Shown here piece after piece: positions 1 to 12,555 of a stretch of 64,000 bases of DNA. Positions within the stretch are counted from its first letter, which is position 1; each line of letters starts with the position of its first letter. This DNA comes from Eledone cirrhosa (taxonomy: Eukaryota). Location of the stretch: NCBI GenBank assembly GCA_964016885.1, contig OZ024740.1, positions 83,080,001 through 83,144,000 of the forward strand, in the 5' to 3' direction. The notes under the pieces were generated by a model. That model worked only from the letters and a program-made list of their open reading frames with translations, ran no database searches and had not been told where the DNA came from. The position numbers and the translations under genes were made by a program.

Positions 1-1160
1 CATGCGCCCGTCGTGGTCCACCAAAGACCGGATCGTGGCTTTGTTGCCACGACGCGCCTCCGCCACTCGGGCCCATTGAACGGCTTTCGTCCCCTCGTGT
101 CTGAGAGCACGCACCCTAGCTCTGACAATGCAGCCTTCGTGCTTTGCATTGAAGAATTGGTCAAGATCCAATTTCGCCGCAAGTACGTCGGTCGCGATGC
201 CTTTGCTAAGCGCCTCGTCTAATGTTTTAACTAGTTCTCCCTCTGCTCTATTTTTCTCTATTGCTAAAGCCTTACTAAACCTAATGGACTCTATTCTAAT
301 TGCTCTTTTCAGAGCAAACCACCACTTGTTGTTGAAGATGGCTCCGTCAACGCCCGCTTAACTAGCTCGCTAATCCGGTCTCTGTAGGCCTTGCGCGCTG
401 GTAAGGACGCGTTTAGCTTCCAGTAGCCGGGTCCTCGTCTATGAAGCCTATATAAGTCAAGCACACGGATCACGAATTTGTGGTCCGTGTAGCTGACTAT
501 CTTGAATTGTGGACAGCATATGCTAGACATATCTATTTCCCTACAAAATACTTTATCTAGATATGATCTGGATGACCCTATGAGATTTGTCCAAGTCCAC
601 ATTGGCACATTCGTGAAATCCAATCGGTACCTGTCAGACAGTTCAAAACGCCTGAGCAGGTTGGTGAGACTCTTGCACCCTACTCCACTATCCACTAATC
701 CCACACAGTCCCAGCGTGCATCTAAGATCCCGTTCCAGTCGCCCACTAATACTAAAGAGCGGGACGTTCCAAGAAAGGTCTCCAGACGCCGGAAGAAATC
801 AGGCCGCCCTGCTCCCGTCGGGGCATAGACGGCCACAAGCCTGAAAGCTTGCTCGTCTCCGCTGATCACGTCCAGCACCACCAACTTACCTTCTGGGTTC
901 AGGAAGATGGCCCGTATGGCAAGATCCAAACCTCTCCGAAAATGCACAGCAAATCCACCCCCCGATCCCGGACGACTGGGAGATGCGTACACATCGTAGC
1001 TGCCGAAGATCGGTGCGAAGGCCCGTGCTTCGGAGATTCTGTTCTCGCTGATGACCACTACATCTATGTTTAGTGACCTGAGGTCGTTGAGCAGGTGGCC
1101 CTGCTTCCATGACGACCCCAAGCCACGCGTATTTATGCTGCTTATTCTGAGTGACGTCAT
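1..1160 (-). pseudogene. Tx1 ORF2 N-terminal APE endonuclease, frameshifted near 340
   Basis: ORF 309-1160 carries the APE catalytic motifs and GPGYWKLN. Confidence 0.88.
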
Positions 1161-1195
1161 GTTGAAATGGTGTGGAAAAGATGGGAAAGACCACT

Positions 1196-3100
1196 TACCT
1201 TACTTCTCGTAGAGGAAGGACGGTTTCTCCATCCTTTTCACTGCTTGTGGCCTCCTAAGGAAGGATGTCCTTATAAATCCTCCTGGAGAGTGCTAGTAGG
1301 AAGTCCCCGATGTCTTTGAGGAATTTTTGTTTTAGTGTCATGTACGTTTTCTGTGTGATGCGAGTGATTTGTATGTGTGGAGTTGATGTGAACTTTTGGG
1401 TTGTTGTGTAGTCTTTTTCTGCGATGCTGGTGTTGTGTTGGATGTAGTGTAATAATTGGTTGTTGTTCAAATTTAATGCTGTGTAGTGTGTATCGTTTTG
1501 GTTGTTTTGTTTTGTTTTTGTCTGTTGTGGGTTTGTTTCTGTTTCGTTTTTTGGTGACATTTGTGGTATTGGGGTTAATGATGGTGATGGTGTTGGTGTT
1601 TTTGGTGATGTGGTTGGTGATGCTGGTGTGGATAGTTACATATATGTCCTAAATTTTTGTTTGATAGTTTATTTGTTTCCCTCTGTAGTTTGTTTTTGGA
1701 GTGGGAAGGAAGAGATTTTTTTCTTTTTTTGGTTTCTTTTTTCTTTTTTCCTGATACCGTTTCCCACTCCTCGTCGTCACAATATGTCTCCGGTTGTGAT
1801 AGGCCGGGAGTGGAAAATCCTTCACATGCGTTGGTTTTTGTTGTGGCGTGGTGGATGGTGTAGGCGCTTGTGCTAGTTCTGGCGCGTTGGGTGGTGGTGG
1901 TGTTGGTTTTGCTACTGTTACTGGGGTTGTTGCTGTTACAGTTGCTTCTGTTGTTGCTGCTACAGTTGTTGCTCCCATCTCTGCTGCTGGTGGTGTTGAT
2001 GGTTGAGTAACTGGGGTGGGTAAGAGAGGTGTCCTCAACCTTTTAGCCTGAGGGGAGAAAGCCCTTAGGTGGGTTCCTTCACCACAAATGACACACCTAG
2101 GCCTTCTGCCCTCGACAATTACGGTGAGGTGGCTGCCGTCAGTGATGTCTATTACCTCTGGGATCTCCTCAATGCTTTTTTGGTCCTCTTGGATCAGGAG
2201 CTCCATTCCAGATCCGGACCAGTACTCCTGCTTTTCTTTCGCTATTTCGATTATCTTGGTGTTGGCTTCGTAGCCGGCCAGGACGGCAGCTATTAGCCAA
2301 GGAATTTCGATGGCCAGTGGAACGTGAGTCACACTGATCTTCACGAGCTTCTGGCCACAATAGCTCGGGACGAGTGCTAAGTCGTCACTTCTTAATGGGG
2401 CCATGGAGTATTCTCTAGTCTCCTATGGCGTTTCAAAGAACAAGTCCACGGTTCCATATTTCTGCCCACGTCTCATGTGGGTTTTTTTTGCCCACACATG
2501 TCCCAAACCTTTTTGGATTTGGGACTCGGATGCCCGTTCCACTCGGTGAGATTTTATGTTAATTGTTCTATAAGACACGGTGCATAGGCGCCGATGCTCT
2601 ATTTTATTAGGTGGGGGATGAGGCCGACCTTGTACCCATCTTTCTTTACCATTTTTTGGGCTTCTTCTAATTCGTCCTGAGTTACCTGAAATGCTTCGCA
2701 CTCTTTTGCTACTCTGGCAAAACTCAGGGTAGTTTTCTTAATTTCATTGTTGTTGCTGTTGTTATCGTTATTTTTGTTTTTGGTTATTTTAGTTTCAGTT
2801 GTGCTGGTGGTGGCGTCTGTGGTGTTCGGTGTGGAAGAGTTCATTTTGGTTGAATTCATTTCGATATCACGAGTTAATTTATTTTTTCTTTTGTTTCTGT
2901 TGTCACGGTGGTGGGGGAGGGGCGGCTTTAATAACTGCAGTCATTGGTGATGGCGGGAAATGAATGTCTGCCTGAGACAAATTTAAAATATTGCTACTGC
3001 TTATATTTTTAGTGTTGGCAAACGTAGTAATATTTACAATAGTGGTGTCGGTGTGAGGTGTTATTTTGTGAGGAAGGCTCTCAGCTACTGAGTCGGCCAT
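1196..3100 (-). pseudogene. Tx1 ORF1 (RRM-like region + CCHC knuckle + Pro/Thr-rich linker), frameshifted
   Basis: Collinear ORF pieces 2903-3100, 2599-2859, 2423-2701, 1649-2404 and 1255-1560; CVICGEGTHLRA knuckle; homologous to copies 2-4. Confidence 0.8.
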
Positions 3101-3318
3101 GATTTTTCAAAGAAAATCTTTTTTTGTTTGATAATTATAAAAAGTTTAAATTTTGGGCTCAAGGCACCAATCTTTTAGGGTGTCCTTTTCAGATAACAAT
3201 GTATGTTCACTTATATACAGTTAACAATAAAAAATGTCCATAAATGGCAATTTTAAACAACTGAAAATAACAAACCTTTGCGGAGCTCACGATGATACGA
3301 TTTACTACGTAGGTCGCC

Positions 3319-3351
<33 letters not shown>
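3319..3351. repeat. (TAA)n tract at the Tx1 copy 1 5' junction
   Basis: Directly visible. Confidence 0.95.
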
Positions 3352-3604
3352 TAGAAGGGAAGAAAACGCACATGGTGGATATATATATCGTTATGGAATC
3401 GCTCCCGTAAATTTTTGATTTTTACTTATTTAAAACAACTGTGATAGAATAATTCTTATTACAAATGAAATACAAGATTACAGTTTTTACCCTCAGTAAG
3501 GCGCAACGCATCACATTACGGCATAGGGCCCCAATATTTAATATTGGATGAAATGTTATAGTCGAAAAAGAGGAAAATGGCTAAGTGGACACACAGGCAA
3601 ATAA

Positions 3605-3870
3605 TTTCACCACCAACACCACCACCAGCACCATTACCACTACCACGCCAAACACTCTAGTCAAGTTACCTCAACTTCTATTTCTACTTCAACTTCACAC
3701 CATCACTACAGTACTACGATCACATTACCACCACTACTGCCTCATTATCGCTACCGCCGCTATTCTCTCCCACTACTTCCTGCTAAGTACTACTAGCACA
3801 TCATCACCACCACCACTGCCTCATTATCGCTACCACCGCTATTCTCTCCCACTACCTCCTGCTAAGACAG
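3605..3870. repeat. ACC/ACT-rich low-complexity region with a ~50 bp direct repeat (period ~79 bp)
   Basis: ctgcctcattatcgctacc...ctgctaag occurs at about 3737 and 3816. Confidence 0.75.
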
Positions 3871-4144
3871 ACATCATAGTACTCCCACTAAATGAGGAAG
3901 GCATCAAAAGATATAAATAGACTGATTTGATGACCCGGTCAAAAAATCAAAAAATCAAAAATCAAAATCAAGACAGCACAGCAGCAACGAAAAACGTAAA
4001 GAAAAGAAAAAAGAAAAGAAAAACAAACGGACAGAGAAGGAAAAAAAGTCAGACATTCAGACATTACATTACAATGAAACTTATGCTTATTTTGGGGGGG
4101 GGTTTACCTACTTGTTTGTTTGTTTATTTATGTTCGTCTACAGC

Positions 4145-7100
4145 GTGATAGTGCCACGCTAAAATCACCGAGGGTGATCAAATCACCGGTCGTTATGTAA
4201 CCATACATTCACCAATCCTCGATAAGAGTGTTTCAATGTCGAACCTAAACAGTTCGAATAACGGTGAAATGGAGACTGGAATGTCATGTGACAGACTCTC
4301 ACCCAGCTAGTGCTCCCTGGCTCAGCAGCAGGGACCTGGCTGTCAACCAAATACTGCTGGTGTCGGAGGAAGAAGAAGGAAAGGGACCAAAACCAACTGG
4401 ACGAAAGAATTGAACTGAACTGTTATGCAATGTTACCTGAAGAGTAACCCCAAGGAAAAAGGCTATAGGAAACGGATGCATAACATCTGGAACGAGATTG
4501 GTCTATTTAAATTAGATGAAGAAAAATTGGCCGGACAGGCTCGGGTAATAAGAACTAATAGGTGGATAAGTGAGCTGGAACTGGAGAAAATGAGCAGAGA
4601 GATTAGGTTGGAAATTGAGAGTGGTGTATGCCAGGCAAACGAGCCAGTGGAAAATGAAGGTAAAGAGGTTGAGAGAACGGAGGAACCTTCCGAAGCAGAC
4701 AATGATCTGAATGCTGAAGTAAATAATACCTGGAACAGAGATACGGCCATTGAGGAGATGAATGCTGACGAGCTAGGACAAGATTTGGTTGATATCCTAA
4801 ACTTAGTGGTAGATGAAATAAACAATGATAGTGGGAAACCTATGAACCTAATATTTGTAGACAGGAAAAAGTTAAAAGAAACAACAGCTAGTAAAACAAA
4901 GTCATCCCATACCATGAGGCGAGGAGCCTTCACCAGTGCAACAATATCCTCAAAGCAACAGCAAATGCGGTGAGGAAATTACTTGGTATAAAAGCGAGTG
5001 GAAACAACAAACAAGAAAGATCAGAACCTTGGTGGAAGAAACGACTGAATGGTCAAATCAGGGAAATGAGAAATGACATTGGAAAGCTTGAGTCCCTACT
5101 GAATGGGACACTAAAAAACATGGACACTAAAAATAGACTGGAAATAAAGTACAAAACTAGGAGGAAAAGGCTAAATCTTATCATAGAGGAACTGAAGCAA
5201 CGCATTGTAGCATAGAGTGCAACAATTAGGCGATACGAGAGCAGAGTCAGTCAGTATAGAACCGCATGGTTGACAACAACCAGAAGATGTTGTTTGGACA
5301 GCTTGAAGGGGAAGAAATAGGCAACGACTTGATCCCTGAGGCGGAATAAACTAAGAATTTCTAGAAAGGAATGTGGGAGCAGGATGTTAAACATAATGAC
5401 CAGGCAATGTGGATTGAGACAGTACAAAAGGAGATTAGTGAACAGGCACACCAACACACTGATTTGAATATCACAGTTGAAACTCTTAAGGGGCAGGCCA
5501 AAAAATTAACCGACTGGAAATCACCAGGCCCAGAGGGCGTGCAGGGGTATTGGATTAAACATGTAATATCCCTCCACCCGAAACTGACAACCATGTTCAA
5601 TGACTGCTTGATGTCAGGTGAGGTACCAGAGTGGTTTACAAAAGGTACCACAGTTCTGGTAATGAAAGACCGAATCAAGGCTAATTATGTTACCAACTAT
5701 AGACCTATCACATGTCTGTCCGTAATGTGCAAACTGTTGACAAGCATTGTGTCTGAGGAAATCTACCATCACCTCCACACAAACAACTTGTTACCGGACG
5801 AACAGAAAGGATGCCGAAAGATGTACCGTGGTACAAAGGACGGTGTTACTTATTGATAAGGTTGTAATGAGGAATTGCAGGAGGAGACACACTGGTCTTG
5901 CCATGGGATGGATAGACTACAAAAAGGCATTTGACATGGTGGCTCATACTTGGATCACCAAAAGCCTAGAGATCTTCAAGGTGGTAGATAACATCAGACA
6001 GTTGTTGAGCTGGGAGATAGTCTGTCCCCTCTGTTGTTTGTCCTTGCCCTTGCCCTAATACCCCTGACCATTATACTGCGAAAAGTGAGAGCAGGATACA
6101 AGTTGGGAAAGAGAAAGCTTACCATCAACCACCTCCTCTTCAAGGACGTTCTTAAGCTCTTTGGGAAGAGTGAGAAGGAGTTGGATGTGCTTGTTGACAC
6201 TGTCCGTATTTTCAGCAATGATATATGTATGCAATTTGGTATTATTAAGTGTGGAGTCCATGTGATGAAGAAGGGGTAAATTGAGCAGAAGCAACGGAAT
6301 TCAGGTACCAACAGGTGAGATGATAAAGGAAATTGACACTGAAGAAGGATACAAGTATTTGGGTTTTCTGGAGGCTGATGACATCAAGAACAAAAAAATG
6401 AAGGAATTGATAAGATCTGAATACATTCGGAGAGTAAGGAGGGGATAAAGTCACATCTGAACAGTAGGAATGACATAAGTGCAGTAAATTCCCGAGATGT
6501 GTCTATTATTAGGTACAGTGCGGGAATTCTGAGATGGAATGTTGCTGAACAAAAAGAAATGGATAGGAAGACTATGAAGCTATAGACTATCTACAACATG
6601 TTCCACAAGAGGAGTGATGTCGATAGACTCTACTTAAGGAGAGCTGAAGGTTGAAGAGAAACAACCTACACAAATACGTCACTGATAGTAGGGAGCCAAT
6701 GATCAGAATTGTACTGAAGGAGAGGACAATAGACCAGGGGATGTCCAAGAAGGAAATAACAACAAGGAGGAGGAGCAACCTTCATGACAATCCCTTCATA
6801 GTGCCTTCTTTCAGAAAACTGAATTTAGAGATCCACAGACATGGAACTTGTTGAAAAGAGGAGACCTTAAAAAGGCTACAGAAGGAATGCTAATGGCTGC
6901 GCAAGAACAGCCCCTCAGAAAGAAGTGGTTGAAACACCACATTTATAAGGAGGAGGCTAGCCCACTGTCTAGGATCTCTGGAGAGAGATAGGAGACTGTG
7001 GCTCACATTGTATCCGAGTGTAAACATCTAGCCCAGACTCACTATAAAGGCTGTAGACATGATGTGATGGGCAGGATGATACACTGGCACCTATGCAAAG

Positions 7101-7617
7101 TAAACAATTTACTACATTCTGACAAGTGGTATGAGCATAAGCCAGAGTCGGTGATGGAAAACGATCATGTTAAGGTGCTGTGGGATTTTAGGATACAGAC
7201 GGACAAAAACTGGAACACAATAGACCTGACCTGGTGGTTTTGGACAAGGGAAAAAGATCGTGCTTGATTGTGGATGTAGCCTATCCATTCGACACGAGAG
7301 TGCAAGAGAAGGAGAGGGTGAAAATTAACCGATACCAGGACGTAAAGTGGGAGGTAAAAAAGACTTGGAACTGCCATGAGGTCAAAGTGGTCCTGATTGT
7401 CATAGGCGCACTAGGTACTATCTCAAAGAGTCTCCAAGGATGGTTAAAGAACATTGGTCGTGCCCTGCTTTTTGGAACACTTCAAAAGACATGCTTGCTG
7501 GGAACAGCAAGAACACTCCGATACGTCCTGAATACCTGAGGCTGCAGGTAGTGGCTTGATATTCATTTCAACAAACTTTCCAGTTAAATAACATCAATGA
7601 CTGAGACTCAAAGAACA
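4145..7617 (+). mobile_element. R4/Dong-like RLE non-LTR retrotransposon, family A, decayed
   Basis: ORF pieces give N-terminal GYRKRMHNIW..EKLAGQAR, PWWKKRL, RT (WKSPGPEG, NYRPITCL, EQKGCR, WIDYKKAFD, GDSLSP), HIVSECKHLA..CRHD, and RLE (WDFRIQTD, VDVAYPFD, GALG..LGTARTLR). Ends in (TAA)n. The 5' boundary is approximate. Confidence 0.85.
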
Positions 7618-7631
7618 ATAATAATAATAAT

Positions 7632-7737
7632 TGTTTCTACTTTTGGCACAAGGCCAGCAATTAACCAGTGCAGTACTGGTACTTTATTTTATCGACCTCG
7701 TAAGGATGAAAACAAAGTTAACCTTGGCGGGATTTAA
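7632..7737 (-). mobile_element. tRNA-derived SINE, 3' part, inside a (TAA)n tract
   Basis: Same core (catccttacg.ggtcgataaaataaagtaccag) and tail (ggccttgtgccaaaagtagaaac) as the other copies. Confidence 0.85.
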
Positions 7738-7738
7738 C

Positions 7739-7771
<33 letters not shown>

Positions 7772-7772
7772 T

Positions 7773-8493
7773 AGATGCAACACATTATGCCGTATATGTA
7801 AAATACAACCAGAGACCATTGACCATATAATTTTAATGTGCAGCTCCAAGCGAATACCTAAACAGGCATGACAGAGCTGCACAATACAAAAATTGGATAA
7901 TGTGTAAGCATTTTGACCTGCCCCATCAAAAGAATTGGTGGGAGCATCAACCACCTCCCATCCTTGAAAAAGATAACATCTCAATATTGTGGAACTTTAG
8001 CATCCAAACAGACCGAAAAATAGATGCAAATAGACCTGATATAATACTGAAGGACTTTAAAAAGAGGGTATGCCTGCTACTTTATATGTCCGTTCCAATA
8101 GACAAGAATGTATCTATAAAAACATTTGAAAAATTGAGCAAGTATAAGGACCTGGAGATAGAAATTGGAGAAATGTGGAAATTGATAACTAAAACAATGC
8201 ATGTCGTTGCAGGCGCTCTAGAAATGATACCTAAGTGGTCTAATGATTACTGATCGCAAATCCCAGGAATCCCGGTTATAGGCGAAATATAAAAGATAGT
8301 ACTAATGGGAACTGCCCATATACTAAGTAAGATTATGTCAATATAATTACATCCCAAGTATAAACACCTAAATATGGATGTGTGTGTGTATGTATGTTCT
8401 TTCTTGGACATGGCGGGCCTTGTTGTCTCTTGAGGTCACTGGTTGTGACTTGGTGATAACTCGTATGAATTTAAAGCAATATAAATGCAACTG
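7773..8493 (+). mobile_element. R4/Dong-like element, family C, 5'-truncated (CCHC + RLE + 3' UTR)
   Basis: WNFSIQTDRKIDANRPDIILKD..KLSKYKDL..GAL; (TAA)n on both sides. Confidence 0.85.
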
Positions 8494-8517
8494 TAATAAT
8501 AATAATAATAATAATAT

Positions 8518-11500
8518 CCATGTACTTCCAATACCATGCGTAACGCAAGCATGTACTGCCAGATGCACAAATAAAAATTAATACACAATACCAAAACGCT
8601 TTTCCTATGGTTAATCAGGAAGCGTGTCCCTCAGGAAGGTGCCAACCTCGGATCGAAAAGTCCTCCTCTGACACAAACTCTTCTCCGATTATGGACCTGG
8701 ATGGTCACTTGATCGGGGATTGCCCCAACTCGAGCCTTCCAGATCCACCACCCAACCCTCCTCAAAAAGGAAAAACCTAAAAGGATGAAATGACCTGAGA
8801 AGAGTATAAAGAAGTAATATATGCATATTACTATGCATTATGTAAGCCATCACAAGACAGACACATTTTAAACTCCTACAAAATCTGGAAAACTCGGAAT
8901 CAAGCTAGCAGACGTGATATGGATGGAAATAAGTTGGCAAATGTTAGGAGGTATATCTTCAGAAGTAATAGACTCACAGACACTGAACTGCGATCAAACA
9001 GAATGTGGAGAATGACATAAATATAAATGATGAAAGGACTGAAGGATCTCCTGGAGATAGTAACCAGTCACAAGTCTTTACTGAAAGACCTCCATCGGAC
9101 CAAATAACAAATAGGTTTGTAGAAATAAGAAGCCCTATTGAACCCGCTGAAAATAGCCAGGAGAGGGACCTAGAAACAGTAATTGTAAACCAAACATATG
9201 TTGAAGAATACAGGGAGACTATGAAGGAATTAAATCTAAAATAGAAAGCAAATAATGATTGGTAATTCTCTGACAAAAGAAATCATAGAACTAGAACCTG
9301 ATCGTACTGAGTTAAATGAAATCATTTATGCATCTGCTAGAGTAATTGAAACAAGTTGTTTACCACCAAAAAAACAAGAAATCGAACCTTCGAGGTAAAG
9401 CAATTTGGAGAAGTAGAATCGAAAAGGAGATTGACGTAATGAGAGGATAAACATCTTTATTTGATGAGTTAACCGCTGGAAATGATATAAGATCCAAGAA
9501 GGTAAGAAAGCTAAAGAGAAAATATGGACTGTATTTTAGAGAAGCAATTGTTTCAATAAAAGAATCTCTGAAACAAAAAGTCCAAGTAAAAGCCCAACAA
9601 ATTCGTAGATTCGAGAGCGAAACATGTTCTACAGGCAAAATAAGTCGTACTCATCCAATGCCAAGTTATTTTATAGAGAAGTAGGGAAGAGAAAAATAAT
9701 TATAGAAGAAGTTGAAAACTTATGGAGTAAGATTTGGAGTGATTAGAAGACATATAATGCTAATGTAGATAGGATTAGTCGCTTGGAAAAATACTACACA
9801 AATTTAGAAGAACAGGCATGGAATGACATCTCTATAGCGGACTTAAGGACAGCACTCAATAAATCTCATAAATGGAAATCTCCTGGTAGAGACAGGGCGC
9901 CAAATTTCTGGCTTTCCTCAATACCGACACTCACAATATATAGGTCAAGCTGTTTAATGGAATTATGAAAGATCCAAAAAATACACCTGATTGTATAACA
10001 AGTAGCATTACCTACCTTCTACCAAAGACCAACGAAACCAAAGATAAAAAAACTGTCCGCCCATAACCACTTGTCCACCACTTATAAACTATTAACCCCT
10101 ATCCTCATGTTAAAAGCATACGTGTTTTTGGAGGAGAACAATCTTTTCCCTATTGAAAAAAAAGGGTGCCGACGAGGTTCATATGGTTGCAAAGATCAAC
10201 TTTTGATTAATCGTATGATCCTTGAGAACTGTCATAATAAACACAGAAATCTCAGTTCTGCATGGATCGATTATAAAAAAGCCTTTGACAGCATACCGCA
10301 CTCATGGATTCTGAGATCACTGGACATCTTCAAAATCTCACCTGTGATCTCAAACATCCTGAAACACAATATGTCATTATGGAACACAAATCTCCAATTG
10401 TCTCATTCCACTGGGGTACTGTACTCTAGGAATATAAACGTCAACTGTGGTATATTCCAGGGTGACTCACTTTCACCATTGCTTTTCTGCATAGCTTTAA
10501 TACGCCTTACATCCGAACTTAATAGAACACGGTACGGTTATAGAATTTACAACAAAAAATAAGCCACCTATTTTATATGGATGATTTAAAGCTATATTGT
10601 AGATATAATGACGAACTGGAACGCCTTTTGTGGACATTAAAGATGTTTAGCGATGACATCAGGAGGGAGTTTGGACTTGACATGTGAACAAAAGCCACTT
10701 TCAAGAAGGAGAAGCTTGTCAACTCAGACTCAGTTGAATTGAATGCTGAAACAATAATAAAGGAACTTGAGCAGGAACAAATCTATAAATACGTAGGGAT
10801 TAATGAGGGCTCTGGCATACAGCATGAAAGTATGAAAGAGAGGATGAGGAAAGAATGTTACAGGAGAGTACGTGCAGTTTTGAGATCAAAGCTAAGCGCT
10901 CGTAACAAGGTGGTAGCCATACATTCCTTGGCAGTCCCAGTTGTCACTTATAGCTTCGGTGTGTTGAACTGGAATATGAGTGAAATCAAAAGAATCGACA
11001 CCAAAGTCCGTAAGCTACTTACCTGTAATAGGATGCAACAAAAGCAGATGAGGATCGTCTTTACATTCCTAGAACACACGGAGGCCATGGCCTGATCAAA
11101 CTTGAACTTGCTTACAGACCACCATCATTGGCTGGGCCAAATACCTTGAAACAACTAACGACTGTATGCTGAAACTTATTGAAAAGCATGAGAGAGGAAG
11201 AAGCTTCATTCTATCATGAAGGAGAGCTAAAAATATGCTATTGATCCCATGCTTCATATCCAGGCTGGACAGACTAAAGACACTGTTGCAACTGATGCTG
11301 CTAGGCACATAAAATCACTGGCAAAAGCAAAAGAACAGGGACAATCAGCATCAAATTGGGAGCAGAAACCTCTGCATGGCAAATACGTGGCCCGTAGCAA
11401 ACAAGCTGATGTTGACCAAAAGCACACTCATCAGTGGCTACGTAGTTTAGGGCTAAAGGTGGAGAGTGAAGGCTTCATCTTAGCTGCCCAAAATGAAAGC

Positions 11501-12281
11501 TTATTGACTCGTAATTACCAGGCCAATGTGATGAGAAACGGAATAAACCCAAAGTGCCGATTCTGCAATACTGAGGTTGAAACAGTTGATCACTTAGTCT
11601 CTGGATGTAAAGTCTTAGCACCAGTAGAATAGAAATATAGACAGAGTTGGCCAATATCTACACTGAGTAATATGTCGGCATTACAAAATCAAAGCTGAAG
11701 ACAAGTGCTACAATCATCACCCTGAGGCTGTAACTGAAGAAGAAATTCTCTGGGACGTTCATACTGACAGTACCATAAAAGCAAATAGACCTGAGATCAT
11801 TGTAAAAGATCAACATAACAAGGTATGTTTATTGATAGATATGAGCATCCCATTTTATCACAATATCGCGGCAAAAGAATTTGACAGGCTACGAAAATAT
11901 AAAGATCAGCTTTTTGAAAGTGAGAAAATGTGGCACCTCAAGGCCGTTACAATACTAGTGGTTGTGGGAGGACTAGGGAAGATCAAGAAAGGAACAGAAC
12001 AATATTTGCGAATGATTTCTGGTTTACCTTCTCTGCACGACGTACAAAAAATTGTTTTGACTGGTACTGCACACGTATTGAGAAGAGCACTATCACTGTA
12101 GGATTGATATCCCTCCTTGTATTTCCATGTGCCTATGCACATGTGTATATAGGAATACTGTTTTTTATTCATTATAATCAATGTGATGTATTAACTGGCT
12201 TACCAATACACATTGTGAATTTATTTGCCTTAGGTGTCAGGAAGACACTCGGCATATATCTGAGAAACAATAATGAAAGAA
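8518..12281 (+). mobile_element. R4/Dong-like element, family B, near full length, many stops
   Basis: RT (WKSPG, GCKDQLLIN, WIDYKKAFD, GIFQGDSLSPLLF, HLFYMDDLK), CRFC..ETVDHLVSGC zinc finger, RLE (IDMSIP..KYKD..LTGTAHVLRRALSL); (TAA)n on both sides. Confidence 0.9.

Positions 12282-12311
<30 letters not shown>
12282..12311. repeat. (TAA)n tract shared by the R4-B 3' end and the Tx1 copy 2 3' end
   Basis: Directly visible. Confidence 0.95.
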
Positions 12312-12312
<1 letters not shown>

Positions 12313-12555
12313 TTTTCTTTATTAACCACAAGGGTTTACATAAAGTAGACATTAAGGACAGTACAGGACAATACAGGACGGTACAAATGGGCATTTATGC
12401 GTGTAAAAAAAACAGAGTTTGAAATAAAATAACAAAGAAAAATTCCCCAATAGGGGGCAGACTTCCGAGGGACATTTGTGGAGAAAGCCCATTAAAAGAC
12501 CACAGTGGCCCTGACCACCAGGGCAAGTGCCCTCTCCTAGTTTTCCACCTTTAAT

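Larger units (their letters stand above)
1..3318 (-). mobile_element. Tx1-clade (L1 superfamily) non-LTR retrotransposon, copy 1; 5' part, runs off the window start
   Basis: Minus strand has a 5' leader GGCGACCTACGTAGTAAATCG next to (TAA)n, a frameshifted ORF1 with a zinc knuckle, then an APE endonuclease (SINTRGL, VYAP, GDWN, YLD, SYTDH, GPGYWKLN). Confidence 0.9.

Noticed and set aside
502-2296. Plus-strand ORFs recurring in each Tx1 copy (e.g. MNCGQ.., MIKDPP..)
   Set aside because: They are antisense shadows of the conserved ORF1/ORF2, with no independent motifs.
3585-4148. Thr/His/Lys-rich ORFs
   Set aside because: Low-complexity sequence with no domain features.
8600-8740. Possible HDV-like ribozyme at the R4-B 5' end
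   Set aside because: Some short pairings exist, but I could not build the nested double pseudoknot.
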